64,000 bases of DNA from Chlamydiales bacterium (GCA_965206695.1 CBDBKM010000010.1:96001-160000); one strand, 5' to 3'; numbered from the stretch's first letter, positions 53,084 through 63,550 are shown. The notes: generated by a model from the sequence alone, not told the origin. Made by a program: numbers and translations.

Positions 53084-53901
53084 TAGAAAAACATCATGAT
53101 AAAAAAACAGCCGGCCATATTTTTCAAGTAGGTATCGCAACAATATATCGATGGATCTTGCAAAAAAAGCAAAAAGGACATTTAAAGCCAATCCGCAGAA
53201 AATATGCTTATAAGAAATTAGATGATGAGTTGTTATCTAAATATGTAGAAAAACATCCGGATTATTTTTTATCGGAAATTGCTGATTATTTTTCAGTCAC
53301 TCCGCAAACGATTTTTTATGCCCTTAAAAGATTAAAAATTACACGAAAAAAAAAACTACTCGCTATAAGGAAAGAGATGAAAAGAAACGGGAAGCTTTTA
53401 TGAAAGATTTAAAAAATATTCCCTTTGACAAGAGGATTTATCTCGATGAAACCGGGATTCATCAATTTTTATTTCGTGAGTCCGGAAGAAGCTTACGCGG
53501 CAAAAAAGTTTTTGGAGCGGTTTCAGGAAACCGCTTTATAAGGCAAAATATTATTTCAGCCCTATCTAAAGGGCAGTTTTTATCTCCAATGTGTTTTGAA
53601 GGTACTTGTAATACCGGGTTATTCAATATTTGGCTTAAGGAAGTTTTGACTCCTCAGCTTACACCCGGTAGTGTTCTTATTCTTGACAATGCCGGTTTTC
53701 ACAAGTCAGCGGAAAGCAGGAAAACAGTAGAATCTGCCGGTTGTAAGCTTATGTTTCTTCCTCCCTATTCTCCGGACTTAAATCCTATAGAAAAATATTG
53801 GGCTAATATGAAAAATAAAGTTAGAGAGATATTACGAAAAGTTACGAATTTTAAATTCGCCATTGATCAAGCAATCTTATCAATATAAAATTAAATGACT
53901 A
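53084..53901 (+). mobile_element. IS630-family element type B, copy 5, 5'-truncated
   Basis: Begins inside orfA at the type A insertion; intact orfB and right TIR. Confidence 0.93.
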
Positions 53902-54033
53902 TATTACTTTAAATATGAACAATATGTTGGCTATGTGTTAATATTTATGCACGAAAATCTCTGAAAGGAATACAAAATGGTGATTGGAAATAATACTGGT
54001 ATCGATTCATTCCCGGGGGGGTTGAGGAAGATA

Positions 54034-55878
54034 TTAAATCGCCCTCTTTATTGAAGAGCTTTTTAAAGCAACCATAAGGATAGAAATATCAGCAGGAGAG
54101 ACTCCGGAAATTCTAGAAGCTTGGCCTAAATTTGCAGGTGTATATTTTGCTAACATTTCCTTTGCTTCATTTCGAAGACCTTTAACCGCAGCAAAATTAA
54201 AATCTTTTGGAAAAGCGATTTTTTCTACTTGTCCTAGTTTTAAGATTTCCGCTTCTTGGCGTTTGATATAACCGGCATACTTGGTAGTTAACTCAATTTG
54301 TGTGTTGATGTCTGATCCGTGATTATAGAAATCTTTAGGGTGCTTTTTGATTAGCTCAGAGTAGGTATTTTCCGATCGTGTTAACAATTGTGCTAATGAA
54401 ATACCTTTTCCATCTAGTTGTTTAAAACTCTTAGAAAGACGCTTGATTTCTTGTTGAATGGTGTCTTGTTTATGTAGGAGTCGGTCATAGCGTTTTTGAT
54501 CTATTAAACCTAATTGATAACCGTAGGATCTTAATCGTAAATCAGCATTATCCTGTCTTAGTAATAATCGATATTCAGCTCTGCTGGTAAACATGCGATA
54601 GGGTTCTTCTAGCTCTTGAGTAATAAGGTCATCAATCATGACTCCAATATAGGCTTCTGATCTATCCAAAACAAAGGGGTCTTTATTTTGAATACTTAAT
54701 ACAGCATTGATACCCGCCATTAAGCCTTGAGCCGCAGCTTCCTCGTATCCGGTCGTTCCATTAATCTGGCCGGCTAGAAATAGATTTTTTATGGTTTTAG
54801 ACTCTAAGTTATGAGAAATTTGACCACTTAGGACATAGTCATATTCTATCGCATAAGCCGGCCTCATAATTTGTGCATTTTCTAACCCTGCAATACTTTT
54901 AACGAGGTTAATTTGAACATCAAAGGGGAGGGAAGTAGAGATGCCATTCACGTAGACTTCTTGAGTGTGGATACCTTCAGGTTCTAAAAAGATTTGATGT
55001 CTGTCTTTATCAGCAAAACGCACAACTTTATCCTCAATACAAGGACAATACCGAGGCCCTTTACTTTGGATTTTGCCTGAGTACATAGGAGATTTATGTA
55101 GATGTTTTTTTACAATGTTTTTGGTCTCTAAAGAAGTATAGGTGATATAACATGAGATTTGAGAAAGGGGAGGGCTTTTATCAGTATCATAAGAAAAGGT
55201 GATCCCTTCTTCTCCCTTTTGTTCTTGTAGTTGAGATAGGTTAAGACTAAGCATATTTACTCGTGGTGGAGTACCCGTTTTTAGACGGCCTAATTTAAAC
55301 CCCAGTTTTTCCAATGCCAATGATAACCCAATGGAAGGAGCATCTCCTGCTCTTCCACCTGAAAAATTAGTCTTCCCAATATGAAGAAGGCCTCTCATAA
55401 AAGTTCCGGAAGATAAAATAACGGTTTTACCTAAGTATCTGATGCCTTCTTTAGTGATAATTCCACATATTTGTCCATTTTCTACTATTAAGTCCTCTGA
55501 AGTCCCTTGCATGATATCCAGATTATTAGTCTTTTCAAGTCGCTTTTTCATTTCAAATTGATAAGCAACTTTATCGACTTGGGCTCTAGGAGCCCAAACG
55601 GCAGGACCTTTTGTAGCATTGAGCATTCGGAATTGAATACCGGTTTGATCGGTGACATGACCCATTTCTCCACCAAGGGCATCGATTTCTCGGACCATAT
55701 GCCCTTTGGCGATACCACCAATGGCCGGGTTGCAGCTCATTTTCGCAATGGTATCCAAATTCATTGTTAGTAGAAGGGTAGCTGCTCCCATTCGGGCTGA
55801 AGCAAATGCAGCTTCACAACCGGCGTGCCCCCCTCCAACTACAATAACATCGAAAAAAGATTTCGGGTATGTCCACAT
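54034..55878 (-). CDS. mnmG: tRNA uridine-5-carboxymethylaminomethyl modification enzyme MnmG (GidA)
   Basis: VVGGGHAGCEAA, MSCNPAIGG, RLKTGTPPR, GPRYCP, AGQINGTTGYEEAAAQG. Confidence 0.98.
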   Translation of the reverse strand: MWTYPKSFFDVIVVGGGHAGCEAAFASARMGAATLLLTMNLDTIAKMSCNPAIGGIAKGHMVREIDALGGEMGHVTDQTGIQFRMLNATKGPAVWAPRAQVDKVAYQFEMKKRLEKTNNLDIMQGTSEDLIVENGQICGIITKEGIRYLGKTVILSSGTFMRGLLHIGKTNFSGGRAGDAPSIGLSLALEKLGFKLGRLKTGTPPRVNMLSLNLSQLQEQKGEEGITFSYDTDKSPPLSQISCYITYTSLETKNIVKKHLHKSPMYSGKIQSKGPRYCPCIEDKVVRFADKDRHQIFLEPEGIHTQEVYVNGISTSLPFDVQINLVKSIAGLENAQIMRPAYAIEYDYVLSGQISHNLESKTIKNLFLAGQINGTTGYEEAAAQGLMAGINAVLSIQNKDPFVLDRSEAYIGVMIDDLITQELEEPYRMFTSRAEYRLLLRQDNADLRLRSYGYQLGLIDQKRYDRLLHKQDTIQQEIKRLSKSFKQLDGKGISLAQLLTRSENTYSELIKKHPKDFYNHGSDINTQIELTTKYAGYIKRQEAEILKLGQVEKIAFPKDFNFAAVKGLRNEAKEMLAKYTPANLGQASRISGVSPADISILMVALKSSSIKRAI

Positions 55879-55914
55879 GATTAAAATAGAGATTTAATTT
55901 ATATAAGAAAAAAT

Positions 55915-56007
55915 TTATTTTTTCTTCTTGTGACGATCTCGTCTTCTTCGTTTTTTGCGTTTGTGCTTTGCAATTTTTTTTCTGCGCTTTTTTAAAACAG
56001 ACGACAT
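55915..56007 (-). CDS. 30-aa basic protein, bS22/mS38 (AURKAIP1/COX24)-like (not in ORF track)
   Basis: MSSVLKKRRKKIAKHKRKKRRRRDRHKKKK; GGAGAG upstream. Confidence 0.85.
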   Translation of the reverse strand: MSSVLKKRRKKIAKHKRKKRRRRDRHKKKK

Positions 56008-56098
56008 GTAGTTCTTCTCTCCGGAGGTAATAGACTGTAATTAAAATAAAAAATATGCCAATGATTTTAAACTAGATTATGAATAAAAGTAAAGTTGA

Positions 56099-58789
56099 TT
56101 ATCCTTCATTTGGCTCATCCAGGGGAATATAGTTAGCAAATTTACCAAATTCCTTTCGAAATGTTAAGTTAATATTACCAATAGCACCGTGGCGGTTCTT
56201 AGCAATAATGAGTTCTGCCAGTCCGGGCTTATCCAAAGGATCGTAATATTCTCTTCTCAACATAAAGGCTACGATGTCTGCATCTTGCTCGATGCTATTA
56301 TGAACTAAGATATCATTTGCAACAAAGTTATGAACGCCTTCTACTGTAGCATCATAGACATCTTCTTCATTTAACTCCTTTATTGATGTTATTTCATCCC
56401 ATAAAATATCTGAGGTTGCTAAATTTAAAAGAGTTTGATCGTTGCAGATTTCATAAAGGGCATGCATCCTTTTTCGAGAGATTCCTGATTTCAATAAAAT
56501 AGAACTAGAACAGGCGGTATTAAGTCCGGCACAAATATCGCGCCAACTCATTTGAGCCTTATCTTTAGCCTGTTGAACAAAAAGCCTCCATGCTTCAGCA
56601 GGAATGGCATCGATACTAGGATCCGCTACAGTTTCTTCTAAAGATTTTAAGAAAACAGGAGTTATATCACTACGGTGACCGGCAGAGCCAATATTTTTTA
56701 AAAATGTTTTTTGATGAGAGGCGCCTTGAATGAGTACGGGACACATTGTTTTATATCCTGTTTTAGAAGGAGCCGAGGGTATTGTACTATGTATTCCAAC
56801 GCGTAAGAGTAATTGTTGTACTTGGGTTGAGAGAATATGGCCGGAAGAGGCATAATAAATAGAAGCTCCTAAGCTTTTTCCTTTGTTTTTTTTCATGCTG
56901 ATATTTCCATCTGCAGCCCATAGATGATGAAGGAATAGAGAAATTTGCTGTTTATCACATGAAAATAAAACCCCGGGAATCCTTTTTTGAGGGGCTCGGA
57001 CTCGTTCAATGCCCGGCTTATCATACCAAAGTGTGATAGGGTGGAATTTTTCTTGAGTTAGAGGATAGGGACTTGGGAAATAGGAGTGGAACCGGTTTTT
57101 TTGTTTTACGACTCTAGGTTGGATGCCAAATAGAGAAAAGGCACACTGATTTACAATACTTATATTTATCTCATTAGCACTTGTATAGTGATCAGGTTGT
57201 TTCGGTAAAATATAACCATCTCCAAGAAGGTGTGCTAAATAAATGAGTTCATCATTTTGGATTTTTTGAGTAGAGCTCTGTTCAGGTAATGAACGAGGGA
57301 TTGCAATTTGATCACCGGGAGATAAATTTTCTAGAGCGACCCAATTATTTAATTGTCGGAATGGGTGATTACTGCTTGCCTTAATCGTCCTACCTGAGCG
57401 CATTCGCAATTCATATAAAGTTTTCCGACCTGAATAAAATACTTTAGTCATTGTATGTTTGGAAATTTTAAGATTTTTATCAAGCGCATATACGGTAAGA
57501 GGAGTTTGTTTTGTTCTTTTAGCAAGCTCTTTCATGTCATACATTTGCCCGGTATCCGCGTCTTGAATTTGGGTATCTCCCGAGAGACAACCACTTTCTC
57601 TTAAATCACTCATCATTGGACGATGGCCGGTTCTCTCTTCTACTCGTCTTGATAGCTGGGAAAGGCAAAGAACAGGAATGTTTAACTCCCTTGCTAAGTT
57701 TTTAAGCATCCGAGAAATCTCAGATATTTCACTTTGCCTATTTTCCATATTGCGAGCAGAGCCGGATAGTAACTGAAGATAATCAATGATTAGAAAACCG
57801 ATATCATGAGTTTCTTTCATTCTTCTGGCTCTAGCTCTTAAATCAGTTATTTTGATTCCGGGCTGATCATCTATAATGAGGGTATGTTTTTTTATATCAT
57901 TAGCTGTTGCGACAACACGTTGATATTCCATTCCATTTAATGAACCTGTCTGAATTTTATTGGATTCAATTTCAGATTGTGAGCAAATGATTCTATGGAG
58001 AAGTTGTTCTGCCGTCATTTCTAATGAAAAAATACCGACAGAAACTTGGGATTTAAAAGAAATATTCTCAGCTAAGTTTAAAGCAAGAGCTGTTTTACCC
58101 ATAGCGGGCCTTCCGGCTAAGATTATTAGATTGGATTTATTTAAACCATTTATTAATTTGTCCAGGTCTAAAAAGTGAGTTTGTATTCCCGTAATACCGG
58201 GATCGCCTGCCGGCCGCTTTTTATAGGTTTCTTGTCGTTCTTCTAACTCTTTTAAGTAGGCTACACCTGATTCGGATTTGGTTCCGGATAAAATATCAAT
58301 AATTGAGACTCCTGTTGAGACAGAAGAATATTGACTAATTTTAAAAAAAAGTTGTTGAGCTTCATCTAAAGCGTCATAAACATTTTTTGGTTCTGAATTT
58401 GCCAGTTTTTCCACCGATCGACAAGCTTGTATCATTCGTCTTAAAATGGATTTATTTTGCACCAAATCGGAATAGTGTTCTATATGAGCTGATGTTCCGG
58501 CAAATTGAGCTAAAGTAGTAACATAACCAACACCGCCGATCGTTTTCAATTTATTTTGTCTTTTTAATTCCTCACATACCAGATGAATATCAGCAGGCTT
58601 ATCTGATTTATAAAGGGTTTTTAAAACTTGAAAGATAATTTTATGTTCTGTGAAATAAAAGTCGGAGTCATCGAGTTGATCGGAACAGATATTAAGGCTA
58701 TTAATATTGGTTAACATACAGCCCAAGACCATCATTTCAGAATCTTTGGTATGAGGAGGAATAATACTTTTTAGTTGGTTTTCAGACAT
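56099..58789 (-). CDS. dnaB: Replicative DNA helicase DnaB containing an intein
   Basis: GRPAMGKT, FSLEM, IDYLQL, LSQLSR, SDLRESG|...|SIEQDAD, AKNRHG. Confidence 0.98.
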   Translation of the reverse strand: MSENQLKSIIPPHTKDSEMMVLGCMLTNINSLNICSDQLDDSDFYFTEHKIIFQVLKTLYKSDKPADIHLVCEELKRQNKLKTIGGVGYVTTLAQFAGTSAHIEHYSDLVQNKSILRRMIQACRSVEKLANSEPKNVYDALDEAQQLFFKISQYSSVSTGVSIIDILSGTKSESGVAYLKELEERQETYKKRPAGDPGITGIQTHFLDLDKLINGLNKSNLIILAGRPAMGKTALALNLAENISFKSQVSVGIFSLEMTAEQLLHRIICSQSEIESNKIQTGSLNGMEYQRVVATANDIKKHTLIIDDQPGIKITDLRARARRMKETHDIGFLIIDYLQLLSGSARNMENRQSEISEISRMLKNLARELNIPVLCLSQLSRRVEERTGHRPMMSDLRESGCLSGDTQIQDADTGQMYDMKELAKRTKQTPLTVYALDKNLKISKHTMTKVFYSGRKTLYELRMRSGRTIKASSNHPFRQLNNWVALENLSPGDQIAIPRSLPEQSSTQKIQNDELIYLAHLLGDGYILPKQPDHYTSANEINISIVNQCAFSLFGIQPRVVKQKNRFHSYFPSPYPLTQEKFHPITLWYDKPGIERVRAPQKRIPGVLFSCDKQQISLFLHHLWAADGNISMKKNKGKSLGASIYYASSGHILSTQVQQLLLRVGIHSTIPSAPSKTGYKTMCPVLIQGASHQKTFLKNIGSAGHRSDITPVFLKSLEETVADPSIDAIPAEAWRLFVQQAKDKAQMSWRDICAGLNTACSSSILLKSGISRKRMHALYEICNDQTLLNLATSDILWDEITSIKELNEEDVYDATVEGVHNFVANDILVHNSIEQDADIVAFMLRREYYDPLDKPGLAELIIAKNRHGAIGNINLTFRKEFGKFANYIPLDEPNEG
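56297..57589 (-). mobile_element. Intein (431 aa) with LAGLIDADG homing-endonuclease domain
   Basis: CLSGDT N-terminus, SNHPF block B, LAHLLGDG and FLHHLWAADG, VYDATV..HNFVAND..VHN|S. Confidence 0.96.
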
Positions 58790-58970
58790 AACTTAAAATT
58801 GGGTGTCATTTAGAGTTTGAATATGAAAAACAATAGAAAAAATCCTGTCAAAAGTCCATAAAAACTATCAGATAATCCGATTATTATATGAAAAATAGCC
58901 ATGAAAATTAATCGGATGTGTGGCAGATTGCTTTAACAAATCTAAACCTACATGATCCATTAAGCTCATT

Positions 58971-59110
58971 ATGAATACATATGATATCATCATTATTGCC
59001 GGAGATGCTGCGGGAATATTTGCAGCAGCAAATATTAAAAATTGATGGGGGGACAGGAGGATTTAACTTGCAAAATGCTTGGACGACAGCATTTATTATA
59101 AGCCGTATGT
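58971..59110 (+). pseudogene. BaiN/YhiN (HI0933)-family flavoprotein collapsed by internal deletion
   Basis: MNTYDIIIIAGDAAGIFAAA joined out of frame to ILKIDGGTGGFNLQNAWTT. Confidence 0.75.
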
Positions 59111-59195
59111 TTAGATCTTATTGTGATTTTTTAAGTCTTCATCTAAAATACATTGCTAAAAAGGATTAGATCAGTAAAATATTCTTCTTTTTTTA

Positions 59196-59282
59196 GGAAA
59201 GATGGCTGAGTGGCCGAAGGCACGTCCCTGCTAAGGACGCGTACTCGTAAGAGTACCGTGGGTTCGAATCCCACTCTTTCCG
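59196..59282 (+). tRNA. tRNA-Ser(GCT)
   Basis: Acceptor GGAAAGA/TCTTTCC; anticodon arm CGTCC-CTGCTAA-GGACG; long variable arm; T-loop GGTTCGAATCC. Confidence 0.97.
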
Positions 59283-59291
59283 TTCTTCTCT

Positions 59292-59495
59292 CATAATCGA
59301 AATAGTTTTGTTTCCCTTTTTTAACCCAAGAGGTATCCGGATCTGCCGATTGCTTAGCGGTGTTATCAGGTTCGACCGTTTTTTTCGGGCGTACTGCTGA
59401 AGTTACTATAGTTGCATCAAGAAGAGCCCCTTCAGCTTCTTTAACTTTCATCCCATGCTTTTCTAATTGCCGGTTAATTTTGCGAAATAAGCGCG
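59292..59495 (-). pseudogene. IS5-family transposase fragment
   Basis: LFRKINRQLEKHGMKVKEAEGALLDATIV...DPDTSWVKKG...YFDY. Confidence 0.8.
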
Positions 59496-59875
59496 ATTAA
59501 GCAACATCTTTTCTGTAAAAGTTAAGATCTTTTTCTCCTTATTGTTTTTGTTTATAAATTTTCACCTTTTTCTTTTCCAACCCAACCTACGAGTAAAAAG
59601 TTTATTATCTAAAATGAATTTATAGAAAAGATGATATACTACCATCAAGTAGCCTTTTATGAACTGAATTAAATAATTTTTTAATTGAAAGAAAGGATAA
59701 ATTTCTATATACTACTTGCTAAAATTTGCAGAAATGAATCATTTAACAAACTTCTATATATGATATTATGCTTTATTCTTCAATTACTCTTCCTAAAATC
59801 CCCCTCTTTAAAATCATATGAGTAAATACTCCACTTTTGCCTAACATTTAATTTAAAGATAACCTATGGAATCTT

Positions 59876-61033
59876 ATGAAGAGCAGTTGTTCAAAAAAAC
59901 CCTCAACTTTAGTAATCGGCCTAGCCTTATTTTCCATGTTTTTTGGCTCCGGTAACCTTATTTTCCCTTTATTTATAGGCCAAATGGCACAAAGTCATTG
60001 GTTATTTGGAGCCTTAGGTTTTTTACTTACAGCAGCTTTACTCCCCTTTACCGGCATTATTGCAATGTTAATTTATAAGGGCGATTATACCCGTTTTTTT
60101 AATCGTATAGGTAATAAAATGGGATTGATCTTAACTGCTGTGCTTTTAACTGTCTGGATTCCCATCGGCTCATTTCCTCGTTGTATCAATTTAGCTTATG
60201 CCAGCCTTCTTCAATTCATTGAGCTGCCTCCTCTGTGGCTTTTTAGTTTGATCTATTGCGTTTTATTGTATTTTGTCAGCTTTAAAAAAAGTCGTATCTT
60301 AGATCTCTTAGGCTATATTTTGACGCCTCTGCTTTTAATCTGTTTATTCATTATAATTATCAAAGGAGTTGATAAATCAAATATTATAAAAATATCGAAT
60401 TTTAGTGAAATTGGCATCTTCTTCCGAGGTCTAAGTGAAGGTTATAATACTATGGACCTAATAGCATCCTTTTTTTTCTCCGCTACTATTATTAGTATAT
60501 TAAAGAATTCCAAAAATGATGAAAAATCAGCTCTTAAACAGACTTTTAAAGCTTGTATTATTGCAATCTCAATACTAAGTACTGTTTACCTGGGGTTGAT
60601 ATACCTAGCTGCTAATAATTCAGCTATTTTAGAAGGTATTCCCAAAGATCAACTATTAGCTTATATATCCAAAGTACTTCTTAATCCCGGATTAAGCCTT
60701 ATCGCTGTTAGTGCGATTATTTTAGCCTGTTTTACCACTTCTATCGCTTTAGTCGTTGTGTATACTAATTTCTTAAGAAAGCACTTATTTAATAATTCTA
60801 ATAGTTCAAGAGGGGCAATTACTCTAACATTACTAGGCACATTCACTATGTCTATCTTCGGCCTAGAAGGAATTACTAGAGTCTCATCTCCTATATTAAG
60901 CATTTGTTATCCTCTTTTAATTCTCCTCATTTTATTTAATGTCTCTTACATGATCTATCAAAAGAGAAAAGCTCTTACACTGACCCCCATTAAGGATAAC
61001 AATTGTAAGGATAACAATTGCAAAAGGGAGTAA
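59876..61033 (+). CDS. brnQ: Branched-chain amino acid:cation symporter (LIVCS family)
   Basis: GLALFSMFFGSGNLIFP, PR, EGYNTMD, LACFTT. Confidence 0.93.
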   Translation: MKSSCSKKPSTLVIGLALFSMFFGSGNLIFPLFIGQMAQSHWLFGALGFLLTAALLPFTGIIAMLIYKGDYTRFFNRIGNKMGLILTAVLLTVWIPIGSFPRCINLAYASLLQFIELPPLWLFSLIYCVLLYFVSFKKSRILDLLGYILTPLLLICLFIIIIKGVDKSNIIKISNFSEIGIFFRGLSEGYNTMDLIASFFFSATIISILKNSKNDEKSALKQTFKACIIAISILSTVYLGLIYLAANNSAILEGIPKDQLLAYISKVLLNPGLSLIAVSAIILACFTTSIALVVVYTNFLRKHLFNNSNSSRGAITLTLLGTFTMSIFGLEGITRVSSPILSICYPLLILLILFNVSYMIYQKRKALTLTPIKDNNCKDNNCKRE

Positions 61034-61065
61034 ATCGGTAACTTTTTAAGTTAAGGAGACTCTTG

Positions 61066-61327
61066 ATGAAGACGAAGAAATGAGAGAGTAAAACAAAATC
61101 AAAAATTATTCTTGAATGCCTCACAGACAGATCTGTAGCAGCTATCAAATGTTTCAATCGCAGTACTAGAAATGGCGTGATCAATTTTTAAATAATATCA
61201 ATCAAGCCTTTGATTCACCTAAAAAAGCGGCAAAAGAACAACGCTTAGCAACCGAAATTCGAGAATTAAGGTTAGTGGTTGGCATGTTAACTTTTGAGTT
61301 AAAAAAAACGAAGAAGGGTTATTATGA
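61066..61327 (+). pseudogene. IS3-family orfA remnant
   Basis: MKTKK*ESKTKSKIILE...KWRDQF...LR.VVG.LTFELKK with an A8C slippery site. Confidence 0.7.
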
Positions 61328-61346
61328 GAAAAGCTGCTATTAATAT

Positions 61347-63030
61347 CGCCCTTTCAACATCGAAGTGCAACAAATAGAAGAAATTTGAAAATGGCCAAAT
61401 GCCGACAAAATCTCTATAGCAAATTTTTGCAAAAAACAAGACTGCGTATCCAGACCTGAGGTGCAAGGAAATGGGTTATAATATATAAAAAATTATAATA
61501 AGAGGTCCGATGATGGCACACATAAGAATCCAAGAACGCCTACAAATTGAAAGCCTACTACAGGGAAATAAATCACAAGCGGCTATAGCGGAAACAGTTA
61601 GACAGAAGTGAATCGTGTATATCATGCGAAATTGGGCGCAACTCACGCAACGGAAAATATTGTCATATAGTGGCCCAAACACTGCACGATGATCGCCGAG
61701 CCGATTCAAAAGACAGCCTTATTGGCGAAGAAAACCGGACGCTAGTACGGATATTGTTGAAACAAAAATGGAGTTCCGAACAAATTAGTGGTTGGCTTTG
61801 CGGTAACTTTGAGATTGATTTTTACGTAAGCGATCAAACAATCTATGAATACATCTATGCTGATAGAGCAAATGGAGGAACGCTATACTCATCACGAATA
61901 AACCTCCGGATATTTTGTATTCGTATAGTGTAAATTATTTTGTATGAATTCATTTTTAACACTATCAGAAGAAAAGCATCTCAGACAGCAACATAAACGA
62001 GAAAAGAATGGTCGTATACGAGATCGTATCAAGGCTGTTCTATTGTCGAATAAAGGTTGGAGTAATACTCGTATTGCTGAAGCTGTGCTTTTAGACGATG
62101 AAACAGTGTCTCGTCACATTAAAGAATATCAAAATAAACAGCAATTGCATGTAGAAAGCGGTGGTTCAGTCAGTAAACTTCTTGCGCCACAGTCAGAAGA
62201 ATTCATTAAACATTTAACAACTCATACCTATGTCAAAGTAGAAGATATCTGTTCTTATGTTCTCGCGAAATATGGCATTGTTTATACGATTTCAGGGATG
62301 ACTTCTTGGCTACACTCACATGGTTTTTCCTATAAAAAGCCTAAAGGTACACCGGCTAAGGCAAATTCTGATCAACAAAAAGCTTGGATGCAATTTTACG
62401 CCAAGCTTATGGCATCTCTGCCTAAAAATGAGCCTGTTGAATTTGCTGATGGTGTACATCCAACTATGGCAACTAAAATTTTTTATGGTTGGATTCGACC
62501 GGGAACAGATAAATTGATTGCAACAACAGCTTCTCGTACTCGAATGAATCTTATGGGGTCTATCAATTTAAACAGTATGAAGGTAACAATAGATGCTTAT
62601 GAAACATTAAATAGCGGTACCATGGCAAAGCATTTTGCTTTGCTACGGTCAAAATACCTCTCAGCTCCAAATATCCATCTTATTTTAGATCAAGGCCCTT
62701 ATAATACAAGTATTCAGACCAAACAAGAAGCAGAAAAACAAGGTATTATTCTCTATTCTTTACCTTCTTACAGTCCTAACCTCAATCCCATTGAACGATT
62801 ATGGAAAGTGATGAATGAATATTGTCGCAATAATCGGTTTTTTAATTCTGCTAAAGAATTTCGGAGATCGATTACCGGATTTTTTGAAAATACTTGGCCC
62901 TCTATTGCTCAATCAATGAGGAAACGAATCAATGATCATTTTCAAGTCTTAGAATCGGCACTTTGATTCATAAGGGGTATATATAAATATTTACGCCGTG
63001 CCGGGAAACCTTATAAGAATGGTGGGGAAA
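61347..63030 (+). mobile_element. IS30-family remnant(s) interrupted by IS630
   Basis: Left end similar to 51560-51638; WSSEQISG, TIYEYIY..GGTL|YKYLRRAGKPY continues past the IS630. Confidence 0.8.
61886..62979 (+). mobile_element. IS630-family element type A, copy 4 (340-aa ORF 61944-62966)
   Basis: Same TIRs; TA duplication. Confidence 0.96.
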
Positions 63031-63130
63031 AAGTTTATAGAGGGAACATTATTTGGCGAGATCATAAGCCTCCAACACGAAAAAGATCGAGTTGATATCA
63101 GTATAACGAATTAATTCTTTGGTAATGGTG

Positions 63131-63550
63131 CTAGGGCAGCTTAATTGGCGTACCATCAGCGGTAGTTTTTTTAATGAGCGCTTGGGTACCATGCTCATCT
63201 ATATAACCTGTTATATCGAGTATACGCTTGCGATTTCGTTTTACAGTGTTACGTGATGGGAAAGGGAGGTGCCACTTGTATGCATTATTATAATGGCGAT
63301 ATAAATAACGAATGTCCGCTTTAACTTCAGAAAAGGTAAAAGAAAATAAATGTTGTTTCGCTTTGAAATAACCCAATTGCAAATGGACATACAGGGCAAT
63401 ATGCGCCTTTTTTATGCCCGAAATGAAAATACTTTCTTCCTGTGACAATTGAAAATAATAAGCACGTTCTTGTTCACCAAAATGGGGGAAGCCATAGTAG
63501 TATTCGTAATCAACAGGATTTAGTAACTGTAGACGATGTGATCTAGCCAA
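63131..63550 (-). pseudogene. Tn3-family transposase N-terminal fragment (DUF4158-like)
   Basis: RLQLL...YG.PHF...ER.YYF.L, LQLGYFKAKQ; overlaps the resolvase stop. Confidence 0.8.

Noticed and set aside
59143..59451. 102-aa ORF as a real gene
   Set aside because: Chimera of an IS5 transposase relic and the antisense of tRNA-Ser (ERVGFEPT).
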